Of a stretch of 40,080 bases of DNA, positions 18,244 through 26,987 are shown in pieces (position 1 is the stretch's first letter; every line of letters starts with the position of its first letter). The notes below the pieces were generated by a model that searched no databases, was not told where the DNA came from, and saw nothing but the letters and a program-made list of their open reading frames with translations. This DNA comes from Clostridiales bacterium. Its GTDB lineage: Bacteria > Bacillota > Clostridia > Saccharofermentanales > Saccharofermentanaceae. Position numbers and translations under genes: made by a program. The stretch lies in contig JAFWDK010000034.1 of assembly GCA_017513085.1 (NCBI GenBank), positions 1-40,080 of the forward strand, written 5' to 3'.

Positions 18244-19431
18244 TCACCAGATCGAACTGTGCATCTGGACGATCTTTCCATCTTTGATATAGACACGCGG
18301 AATACGTTTTCCGACCAGGCAGGTAACTTCGTAGTTGATCGTATCCAGCATATCGGAAATCTCGTCGACCGGAATCTCTGCCTCTACGCCTCTTGACTTC
18401 TGCTTACCGAAAAGCACTACTTCGTCGCCGACCTTCGGTTTTTCGTCAAAGTCCGTCACATCCACCATGCACATATCCATGCAGATATTGCCGACGACCG
18501 GAGCGCGTCTTCCGTGGATCAGCACTTCCGCACGATTGGAAAGACGCCGCAGATATCCATCCGCATAGCCGATAGCGATCGTTGCGATCGTACTTGGTCT
18601 TTCTGTTGTAAAATGGCGACCGTAACTGATCGTTTCTCCTACCGGGATCTCTTTAACATGCACGACACTGGACTTCAGCGTCATCGCCGGACGGACTTCG
18701 AAATCCGTATAAGGAGCCGGGCAGCCCTTCGGCATCATGCCGTAAGTAATAAGGCCGGCACGTACCATATCCATATGCATTTGCGGGAAACGAAGAATAC
18801 CCGCGCTGTTGCAGATATGCTTTGTCGGTATCGTCAAGCCACGCTTTTCCAGTTCTTCCGCCATTTTCGAAAACGCAGAGAACTGCTTCATGGTGTATTC
18901 ATCATCATCTGTATCAGACATGGCAAAATGCGAAAACATACCTTCGATCTCGATGCCCGGAAGCTCTGCGATCGCCAGGATCGCTTCGATCGAGGACTCT
19001 CCTTCCAGGAATCCCAGACGGTTCATGCCCGTATCGTATTTGATATGGATGCGCGCGGTACGCTCCAGAATGATCGCCTTTTTCGAAATCGCCTTAGCAT
19101 ATTCAAGCGAATATACCGCCTGTTCGATATCATTTTCGATCAACTGGGAAATACGTCTCGGATCAGTATGACCCAGGATCAGGATCGGCGCCGTGATACC
19201 GTTTTGACGAAGCTCGATAGCTTCATCCAGCATGGATACTGCCAGTTTATCTGCTCCGTTCTCCAGCAGGACACGCGCGGTCTCGATTGCTCCATGACCA
19301 TAAGCATCTGCCTTTACGACCGCCATGATCTTCGCAGACCGCTTCGTCACGCGACGGATCTCACGCATGTTCTCCGCCAGTATATCCAGATTGATCTCCG
19401 CCCAGGAGCGGTTCGGAAAATTCTCCATCAT
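18244..19431 (-). CDS. alr: Alanine racemase
   Basis: AVVKADAYGHG PLP-Lys, HIKYDTGMNRLG, SYG, GYADG, CMD and TINYE. ATG 19431 forms an ATGA overlap with the nnrD stop. Confidence 0.96.
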   Translation of the reverse strand: MMENFPNRSWAEINLDILAENMREIRRVTKRSAKIMAVVKADAYGHGAIETARVLLENGADKLAVSMLDEAIELRQNGITAPILILGHTDPRRISQLIENDIEQAVYSLEYAKAISKKAIILERTARIHIKYDTGMNRLGFLEGESSIEAILAIAELPGIEIEGMFSHFAMSDTDDDEYTMKQFSAFSKMAEELEKRGLTIPTKHICNSAGILRFPQMHMDMVRAGLITYGMMPKGCPAPYTDFEVRPAMTLKSSVVHVKEIPVGETISYGRHFTTERPSTIATIAIGYADGYLRRLSNRAEVLIHGRRAPVVGNICMDMCMVDVTDFDEKPKVGDEVVLFGKQKSRGVEAEIPVDEISDMLDTINYEVTCLVGKRIPRVYIKDGKIVQMHSSIW

Positions 19432-20369
19432 AGTTGCATTCCTTCTTCCCAATTCAGCATCTTAAAACAAGTTCCGTAATAGTCCCCGAGCATGGTCGGA
19501 AGCATCGCCCTCTTCCCGTGCTCTCTCGCGCAAAGCTCTCCGGCCAGGCTGTGGATCCGCACCGCGCAGATCGCAGCATCCGCTTCCGGCATCCCCTGTG
19601 CCAGAAGTCCGGCCAGTAGTCCGGCCAGCACATCACCGGATCCGCCTTTGGCAAGACCCGAATTGCCCTCCTGATTACTATACCACTTCCCATCAGGAGT
19701 AAATATGTTCGTTTGATTACTTTTCAGCACAAGCACGACACCTTTTTCTTCGGCAAAAGCACCTGCCGCGGTCATGTCGTTTTCTCTCCATGCAGGGCAA
19801 ATCCTTGAGAATTCGCCGATATGCGGAGTCAGCACCGCCGGTGTCCTCCCCTCCTTGACTCGGGAAAAGACAGCGTCTCTCACACTCTGATCCAACGCCA
19901 GAAGAGTCAGTGCACCGGCATCCAATACCAGATGGCCCGCTTCCCCGGAAGCAACAACTATATTTTTCGTCAGATCTTTTCTCGACGGAGGAATACCAGG
20001 TCCGATCAGACAGGCATCCTTGTCCTTCAGCATTCCGGAAAACCATTGCGGATCCTTATCCACCGAACTTCTATACGGCACAAGTTTACACGAGGGATCC
20101 TCTTCTGTTTTTTCAGGGATCGCCATTCCTAAGGCCTCCGGACACATCGTCATCAATGGTGTGATCAGTTCCCGCTCAGTCAGGATATAGACCAGACCGA
20201 CTCCGCTACGCAGCGCAGAATATGCCGACATATAGGCAGCACCGCCCATTCCGACGCTTCCCGCATAGAGCAGCAGTCTGCCAAAAGTGCCCTTGTGCCC
20301 GGAATCAGGGCGCAATGGGCACTTGGTCATGATCAGTTCATTGTCCAGGATGATTGGTGTATTCTCCAT
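19428..20369 (-). CDS. nnrD: ADP-dependent NAD(P)H-hydrate dehydratase (stand-alone YjeF C-domain)
   Basis: HKGTFG, GS..MGGA, GPG, DAGAL, LTPHIGEF and AKGGSGDVLAG; no epimerase domain. Confidence 0.9.
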   Translation of the reverse strand: MENTPIILDNELIMTKCPLRPDSGHKGTFGRLLLYAGSVGMGGAAYMSAYSALRSGVGLVYILTERELITPLMTMCPEALGMAIPEKTEEDPSCKLVPYRSSVDKDPQWFSGMLKDKDACLIGPGIPPSRKDLTKNIVVASGEAGHLVLDAGALTLLALDQSVRDAVFSRVKEGRTPAVLTPHIGEFSRICPAWRENDMTAAGAFAEEKGVVLVLKSNQTNIFTPDGKWYSNQEGNSGLAKGGSGDVLAGLLAGLLAQGMPEADAAICAVRIHSLAGELCAREHGKRAMLPTMLGDYYGTCFKMLNWEEGMQL

Positions 20370-20383
20370 CTTTCACCTCAAGT

Positions 20384-21319
20384 TCAGCGCTTCGGCACTT
20401 CACTGATCGTGGAGATATCGAAAGGTGTCTCCTGATATACGTAGTAGTTCAGCCAGTTCATAAACAGAAGCGTAGAACTGCTGCGCCACTTCATGTGCGG
20501 TTCCTGATTCGGATCATCGTTCGGGAAATAGTTTTTCGGCACATCGATCGGCAAACCTTTCTTGATGTCCCGGAAATACTCATCACGCAATGTATTCACG
20601 TCATATTCCGAGTGACCGGTAATGAAGATCTGTCTTCCGGAAAGATCCGAAACCGCGTATACACCGCATTCTTCCGACTCGGAAAGGATACGAAGGTTCG
20701 GATGACGCTCGATATCCTCTTTCTTCACTTCTGTATGGCGGGAATGCGGCACATAGAAATAGTCGTCAAACCCGCGGAAAAGTTTCACCGGCTTCGTGTA
20801 CGTCATGCTGTGCTCGAAAACGCCGAACACTTTCTTCGGCAAATTGTACTTCGGAATTCCGTAATGATGATACAGACCGGCCTGTGCACCCCAGCAGATA
20901 TGTAAGGTGCTGTATACATGCGTCTTGCTCCAATCCATGATCTCACAGAGTTCTTTCCAGTATGCCACTTCTTCAAACTCCATGAGTTCCACCGGCGCAC
21001 CGGTAATGATCATGCCATCGTAGAAGCGGTCTTTGACGTCCGCGAAAGTCTCATAGAACTTCACGAGATGCTCTGTGGCCGTATGCTTCGGATGATAAGA
21101 AGCCGTATAAAGAAGATCGATATTCACCTGCAAAGGAGAATTCGAAAGCGCTCTTAAAAGCTGTGTCTCCGTCGCGATTTTATCCGGCATCAGGTTCAGT
21201 ATAAGAAGATGCAGAGGACGGATGTCCTGGTTATAGGCACGCTCCTCCGTCATCACAAAGATGCGTTCTTTTTCTAGGATGCCGGTAGCCGGCAGATTGT
21301 TTGGAATACGGATCGGCAT
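20384..21319 (-). CDS. metA: Homoserine O-acyltransferase MetA (likely acetyltransferase)
   Basis: LNLMP, TGAPVE, ICWGAQA, PHSRHT and GHSEY. Start placed at MPIRIP (21319). Confidence 0.95.
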   Translation of the reverse strand: MPIRIPNNLPATGILEKERIFVMTEERAYNQDIRPLHLLILNLMPDKIATETQLLRALSNSPLQVNIDLLYTASYHPKHTATEHLVKFYETFADVKDRFYDGMIITGAPVELMEFEEVAYWKELCEIMDWSKTHVYSTLHICWGAQAGLYHHYGIPKYNLPKKVFGVFEHSMTYTKPVKLFRGFDDYFYVPHSRHTEVKKEDIERHPNLRILSESEECGVYAVSDLSGRQIFITGHSEYDVNTLRDEYFRDIKKGLPIDVPKNYFPNDDPNQEPHMKWRSSSTLLFMNWLNYYVYQETPFDISTISEVPKR

Positions 21320-21324
21320 AGTGA

Positions 21325-22344
21325 TCAACCCTCCTCATCCATACAAAGGAATTCATTTAGTATCGAAGTCTTAGGCACGAAAGTCTCCTTAGCCTGTGGG
21401 ATCAGGCTCAACCAGGATTCCAGCATACGTGCTTTGGCCACTGCCTTCTCGATATTGGCAAAATCCTTGGGCGGAACCGATCTCTCCATAAAGACAGACG
21501 GTGCCAGAAGGCCCTGGTCGTATGCGGACAAAGCTTCCGCGATATCATGCTTGGCCATTGCCGCGATCACCAGCGGTTCATAAGCCAGGAAAGAATTCAC
21601 GTGATAGTCGGCTTTGGTCAGATAATCTCTATAGTAGTTCTGCTCGGAACTCTCGATCATCGGCCAGTAATCGATCGTCGTCAGGGCATGCGCGCCACGA
21701 TGACGCACATCACGCACGATACGGCGGAGCATACGCAGATCATCGCTGTCCAAAAGTCTCCTGTCGGACATGACAGACGCGTATGGCATAATGAAGATAC
21801 CCATATACTGTTCTCTGTCGAAACTGCCTGTCGTAATGTCACAAAGTCCATGCAGACCTTCAACTACGACCACACCGTCTTTTCCGATACAGATCGGCGG
21901 TTTGTTCGACTCGACGCGCTGACGTACCATGAAATCAAATGTCGGCGGAACGACCTCATCTCCACTGACCAGTTTAGCCAGATCGATGCTGGCCAGACGC
22001 ATATCCAACGTGTCCACGCTCTCAAAGTCCGGTCTTCCTTCATAATCAAAATTCAGTGCTCTTGTATCGTAATAATCATCCAAAGATAAGCGGCTGGCCT
22101 TCTTTCCGTTTTGCTCAAGCTCAGCAACCAATCTGTCTGTAAATGTCGTCTTACCGGAAGAAGTCGGACCGGAAACAAATACTACTTTTACCTTCGGCCG
22201 GGAACATACTTCCTTGGCGATCTCCGCCGTCTGACGGATAAATCTTGATTCTGCTTTTGAAATAAATTCGGGAAGTCCGAAGACTCCCAGCATATCTTCC
22301 AGATCATCGATCGAGACCCGGATCTTATCTGATAAGTTTGCCAT
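21325..22344 (-). CDS. Uridine kinase / phosphoribulokinase-like P-loop kinase
   Basis: [22 protein letters not shown] and RRIVRD...RG. Confidence 0.8.
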   Translation of the reverse strand: MANLSDKIRVSIDDLEDMLGVFGLPEFISKAESRFIRQTAEIAKEVCSRPKVKVVFVSGPTSSGKTTFTDRLVAELEQNGKKASRLSLDDYYDTRALNFDYEGRPDFESVDTLDMRLASIDLAKLVSGDEVVPPTFDFMVRQRVESNKPPICIGKDGVVVVEGLHGLCDITTGSFDREQYMGIFIMPYASVMSDRRLLDSDDLRMLRRIVRDVRHRGAHALTTIDYWPMIESSEQNYYRDYLTKADYHVNSFLAYEPLVIAAMAKHDIAEALSAYDQGLLAPSVFMERSVPPKDFANIEKAVAKARMLESWLSLIPQAKETFVPKTSILNEFLCMDEEG

Positions 22345-22365
22345 ATCTCTTCTCCTACACTTTCA

Positions 22366-22968
22366 TCACTTGTCGGTAAAGTCGGAAAGGACCAGCATAC
22401 TGACAAGCTTGTCGTACCAGTACTGTAAAAAGCGCGCGACACAAAATACGATTCCGGGGATCAGGATCGCCGCGCAAATAATGAGGACCACTACTACTAC
22501 GACGTATACGCCACCTGAGATAACACCCAGCACGGTGGCAAAAGTACCTGCTGTATCAACATATTTCGCGGTAAATTTCTCGAGCGTTTCATTGAGATAC
22601 GTAATGAGAAAATCCTGAAGGTCACCGAATGAAACCGACAACTTCGGGCGTGCCCACGCTGTGATCAATAAAGTCAGTGCGCCTATTTTCGTAAGCTGCA
22701 CAAGTAATACAGGAATCTTGCCCCAAATGGGCATTCGGTAATACCCGAAGCAGATTGCCGGGCAAAGGAAAAACAAAACAACAAAAATAATGATCTTCGT
22801 CAGGAAATTACCAGTGATCCAGCCGTTAAAATCGCCGGTGAGGTAATTGTAGACCACGAGAAGATCAACAAAAAGTCCATATAAGAGAAAAAGGGATGTA
22901 TGGCGACGGTTTTCAAAGTCGGTATCGCTCCACAAGCGTCCAAGTAATAGTCCTTCCAGATAATCCAC
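22366..22968 (-). CDS. Integral membrane protein of unknown function (about 4 TM)
   Basis: GTG start with AAGGG SD, several hydrophobic helices, in-operon spacing. Confidence 0.75.
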   Translation of the reverse strand: MDYLEGLLLGRLWSDTDFENRRHTSLFLLYGLFVDLLVVYNYLTGDFNGWITGNFLTKIIIFVVLFFLCPAICFGYYRMPIWGKIPVLLVQLTKIGALTLLITAWARPKLSVSFGDLQDFLITYLNETLEKFTAKYVDTAGTFATVLGVISGGVYVVVVVVLIICAAILIPGIVFCVARFLQYWYDKLVSMLVLSDFTDK

Positions 22969-23037
22969 TTTTCGTTCCCTTTCAAGAAAAAATAGTCTTT
23001 GTTTATTGTATCAAAAAAGCGGGATGAAGTCACCCTC

Positions 23038-23505
23038 TTAGCGGAGACGGAAAGAAGTCTTCGCCACTTCTTCGATCACCTGTCTGTACGCCGCCCATTG
23101 TTTCGGGAAACTGCTGACTCCGCACGCTTTCAAAGACTCTCCATCCGAGAAACGGATGATCACGGACCAATCCTGCGGGAAGGACGCTGTCATGGAACCC
23201 ATCAGATGACCTACTCCGCTGGCATAATCAGATGCCCAGGAAAGAAGTTCCGTACCGGGAAGTTTCTTGCGGATGTTGGCTACCGCCTCAGGAGAAAGTG
23301 CTCGAACAAAATCATTGTTCCACATATGTGTATCTGTCCAGGCCAGTCGTCCTGCACCCAGATCCAGCATGGCCTTGAGGCTTCCTCTCCGGTATCCGGA
23401 AAGCTCTGTCTCAATAGAAACGATATCGTTATAGTCGTGCTTCGTATCACTCATCGATAATGCCTCACTAATCCAAACCACATCATGCAAAACAGTCTTG
23501 CTCAT
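23038..23505 (-). CDS. Hypothetical protein
   Basis: ATGA overlap with the upstream gene; globular-looking W...Y....W.....F.DG.....G...P..W pattern. Confidence 0.7.
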   Translation of the reverse strand: MSKTVLHDVVWISEALSMSDTKHDYNDIVSIETELSGYRRGSLKAMLDLGAGRLAWTDTHMWNNDFVRALSPEAVANIRKKLPGTELLSWASDYASGVGHLMGSMTASFPQDWSVIIRFSDGESLKACGVSSFPKQWAAYRQVIEEVAKTSFRLR

Positions 23506-25430
23506 GAAACCTTCACTCCATAGATCGCCGGAGAACGCTGCGCGATGACGATCATATCGTCCACGACGATCGGCGATGCTTCAAAATTACCAAGTTCACC
23601 CTGCTTCAGACCCTGGATCAGACCAATACGGGTACCCGTCTGTCCGTCAACCAGATGTCCTTGTCCCTGGCTGTCAAATACAACGATATAGCCATTGCCC
23701 TGTTCGTCATAAATGTCTACCGGAGAACTCCAGGAATATGTATTCCACTCATATTTCCAAACTTGAGTGCCTGTGGTCTTATCATACGCAACCAGCGCAT
23801 TACCATATGAAACATTTTTCGTCATACAGTAAGAGAAAATAACCAGATTGGACATGGATTTTTTACCGGAAATCGGTGTTCCGAGCATACCACCGTTGAT
23901 ATCATCGCTGGAACTTGTTCCGTTATGCGTATAACAGCTTTGGGAGGTATCCCAGACGCTTTCACCTGTCATTGCGTCAATTTTATAAGTATATGCCGCA
24001 CCCTGGTAATCCAGTGCGCCTTCACTCTGTCTCTGCCAGTCAACTTCTGTTCCGGTGTAAAGATAGATATGTCCGTTCTCTTCTTCCAGAACCGGCGTAA
24101 CATCGGAGTCATCATCCAGTCTTCTGGACCATACAAGCTGAAGCGTATTCAGATCCAGACAGATCAGGTTGCCTGCATTATCCGTGCACCAGCCGTAGTG
24201 ATCATAGATCGCCATCGAGCTCTCTATGCCAAGCTGCTTGCCGGAAACGCCATCAAAAATATAGCGGTAAGCGATCGTCTCCGGAGAAATCGTAAGCACA
24301 CCGGAACGAGGATTAAACTGCGTATTCAGTTTCACGGTATAGATCATACCATTCTCACTCGGGTAGATGAGCGTATCGGATTGTGCGTCAATGATCGGGG
24401 ACGAGTCGCAGGCACCCCATGTGGTTCTATGCGCACGCGGATCCAGACCCGGCTGATACAGCATCTCTTCACCTGTAAGAAGATTATAAATTCGATAACC
24501 GATCTTGCCTCTCTCGCCATTATCGTCGCCTTGTCCTACAAAAAGCATAGGATAGCCGCGAGGATCCACTGCCGGAGTACCCTTAATGGTGGCACCGACA
24601 TTGATCGGTTCTCTTGTTTTCTGTCCATCATCCAAATCAAGGAAATATACATGGCCATCCTGAGAAGCAAGAATGATCTCGGTCAGATTCTGCTTGGTGC
24701 GCTTCTCCGGCACCATATTCATCAGTTGCTGGATCTCGTAATCCCATCTGACTGCCAAAGGCTGACCTGTCCAGCCTGCGCCGACCCAGCTCCAACTGGA
24801 GGAAAGCGGCGTAGACTTCCACTGCATCTCTTTAAATTCCCATGCCAGATGGAAGTGCTCATTCTCAGGTTTGGTAGGATCGATCTGCACGGTTCCCCAG
24901 GAAGCGCAGTTACGGAAATTATTACCACGGAAAGAAAGGATACCCTGCACATCCTGATAGAAAAGAGGATCTCCCATATGGATCTCCGACTGGCGCTGAT
25001 ATCCGCTGAGCTTCTCATCACCCTTATACACGTCCTGGCTTGCGCCACGTGCAGACGGAGTGTAATCCTTATACGGAGCAGCAGGTTGTGCATCTAACTT
25101 AACGGTTGCAGGATACAAAACAGGATTCTGGTTTTTCTCGATGGTGACTTCCGGAAGCGGAGTCGGCGTCGCCACTATGATATCGCTCGGATCGGAACTA
25201 ATGATCTCTCCGCTTTCATTCGTCACAACGGCATTCGAAGAAGTTTGGGAAGAAGCCTTCTCCGCTGAAAGATCATCATCCTTTTTCGAGAATGTAACTA
25301 CGGCAAGTATGATCGTTGAGGCTACGAGCACTAACGTTACAACGAACAGAACATAAATCCCCGTGTTGTTGTTCACGCGGTGTGGTCTGTAGAACTGATT
25401 CTCATAGCGTACGTTTTCCGGTTTTTTCAT
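23502..25430 (-). CDS. Membrane-anchored PQQ-like beta-propeller protein
   Basis: N-terminal TM, S/T/P linker, repeated Trp-docking blades (LDLDDG, AMTGESVW, DKTTGTQVW, SSP) and a GGAGAGG SD. Confidence 0.8.
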   Translation of the reverse strand: MKKPENVRYENQFYRPHRVNNNTGIYVLFVVTLVLVASTIILAVVTFSKKDDDLSAEKASSQTSSNAVVTNESGEIISSDPSDIIVATPTPLPEVTIEKNQNPVLYPATVKLDAQPAAPYKDYTPSARGASQDVYKGDEKLSGYQRQSEIHMGDPLFYQDVQGILSFRGNNFRNCASWGTVQIDPTKPENEHFHLAWEFKEMQWKSTPLSSSWSWVGAGWTGQPLAVRWDYEIQQLMNMVPEKRTKQNLTEIILASQDGHVYFLDLDDGQKTREPINVGATIKGTPAVDPRGYPMLFVGQGDDNGERGKIGYRIYNLLTGEEMLYQPGLDPRAHRTTWGACDSSPIIDAQSDTLIYPSENGMIYTVKLNTQFNPRSGVLTISPETIAYRYIFDGVSGKQLGIESSMAIYDHYGWCTDNAGNLICLDLNTLQLVWSRRLDDDSDVTPVLEEENGHIYLYTGTEVDWQRQSEGALDYQGAAYTYKIDAMTGESVWDTSQSCYTHNGTSSSDDINGGMLGTPISGKKSMSNLVIFSYCMTKNVSYGNALVAYDKTTGTQVWKYEWNTYSWSSPVDIYDEQGNGYIVVFDSQGQGHLVDGQTGTRIGLIQGLKQGELGNFEASPIVVDDMIVIAQRSPAIYGVKVS

Positions 25431-25550
25431 AATCCTCTCCGTATTCTACCTTTCATAATTGTATATAGTATCACAAACATTTAGCATTCGATACCTTTAA
25501 CCTGCACAAAAAGTGTGCTAAAGAACAAAAAAAGCAAGAAAAACAAGGTG

Positions 25551-25569
25551 AAATCTCAATAAATCTCAA
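25551..25569. repeat. 9-bp direct repeat with 10-bp period upstream of the propeller operon
   Basis: AAATCTCAA-t-AAATCTCAA. Confidence 0.6.
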
Positions 25570-25679
25570 CATTTCCTCTCGTCTCTCCGTGCTGTTTTTC
25601 CTTTTTCGAACACTTGTATTTTATTCTGCCCATCCCGTAAGCGGCATAACTTTTTAGTCATTTTCATATGGTGTCCGCA

Positions 25680-26978
25680 TCAGTTTTCCTCGTGCTCCTC
25701 TTTCGCAGCAAGCGCCGCCGAACGGCCTGCCACAAATCCGGTCGACCATGCGCACTGCAGGTTATATCCTCCGGAAGCCCCATCGATATCCATCAACTCC
25801 CCGCAGAAAAACAGTCCCCGCTTGATCCTGGACATCATGGTCTTCGGAATGATCTCTTTGACGCTGACTCCGCCGGAAGTCACATAGGCCACATCCATGG
25901 ACGTTCTCTTCTCAACTTTCCAGGAACTCTCTTTCAGGCGGGAAAGTATCTTCCTTCTTTCTTCTTTCGTCACAGCATTAGCCGCCGCATCCTCTTCCAC
26001 AACAAACTCCGCAACTTTCTCCGCAAGGTGAAAGGTCTCGCACAGCAGGCGCTTCATGTGACGGTTCGGGAATGCCTGCATGGAATGAAGCAGTTTCTCT
26101 TCTGCCATTTCCCGGGACAGATCCGGCAACATATCCACTTTCACGGTCACGTTACCGGAACTATACAGTTCCTCTTCTTTGGGAAGTTTCCGCGAAAGAG
26201 CCATTGCGGCCGGACCGCTTATTCCCTGATGCGTAAAAAGCAATTCTCCTTCCGAGCAAGCAACCTTTTTATTCTCCACCAGAAGACATATGCCAACTGC
26301 AGGAAGCGTCAATCCCGCCGCCAGGGCAGGCATTGCGGATGTTCCGTCTTCTTTCCGCCCGGAAAGAAGGATAGGCGCCAATGCAGGGGCCAGCGGCGTC
26401 ACCGTATGGGTAAGAGACCTGGCAAACCGGTATCCGTCTCCCGTAGAACCTGTAGCAGGAAAGGTTGCCCCGCCCGTTGCCAGGATCAGCGAACGTGAAA
26501 CGAATGTACCGGCCTGACTGTTCACTTCCCACATCTCATCAGAATCCTTCCATCGGATCGAGATCACAGGCGCCTCCGTCAGAAGCACGGCTCCACATTC
26601 CGACAGTGCTTTTACTAAAGCATTCCGAACAGTTTCCGCCTTCTGGCTATCCGGGAAGATTCGTCCGTCCTCCTCTTCGTGGGTAGGCACGCCGAGCGCC
26701 AGAAAAAACTCTCGTGTTTCTTCCGGAGAAAAAGACGAGAATGCACTGGTCAAAAACCGCGCATTCTCGTGATACTTTTCTCTAAAATTGTCCGGGATCC
26801 GGAGATTGGTGATATTACAGCGCCCATGTCCGGTAAGAAGCAGCTTCTTTCCTGCTTCGCTATTCTTTTCCAGTACCAGTACCGATGCCCCTTCTCCAGA
26901 AGCTGTAACTGCTGCCATCAGCCCGGCCGGGCCGGCGCCTGTAACGATCACATCGTAGTACTCACGCGCCATGGACAT
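25680..26978 (-). CDS. HI0933/YhiN/BaiN-family flavoprotein
   Basis: GAGPAG, GKKLLLTGHGRCNITN, GRIFP, ATGG...TGSTGDGY, LFTHQGISGP and GGYNLQ.AW. Confidence 0.92.
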   Translation of the reverse strand: MSMAREYYDVIVTGAGPAGLMAAVTASGEGASVLVLEKNSEAGKKLLLTGHGRCNITNLRIPDNFREKYHENARFLTSAFSSFSPEETREFFLALGVPTHEEEDGRIFPDSQKAETVRNALVKALSECGAVLLTEAPVISIRWKDSDEMWEVNSQAGTFVSRSLILATGGATFPATGSTGDGYRFARSLTHTVTPLAPALAPILLSGRKEDGTSAMPALAAGLTLPAVGICLLVENKKVACSEGELLFTHQGISGPAAMALSRKLPKEEELYSSGNVTVKVDMLPDLSREMAEEKLLHSMQAFPNRHMKRLLCETFHLAEKVAEFVVEEDAAANAVTKEERRKILSRLKESSWKVEKRTSMDVAYVTSGGVSVKEIIPKTMMSRIKRGLFFCGELMDIDGASGGYNLQCAWSTGFVAGRSAALAAKEEHEEN

Positions 26979-26987
26979 ACCGGATCC

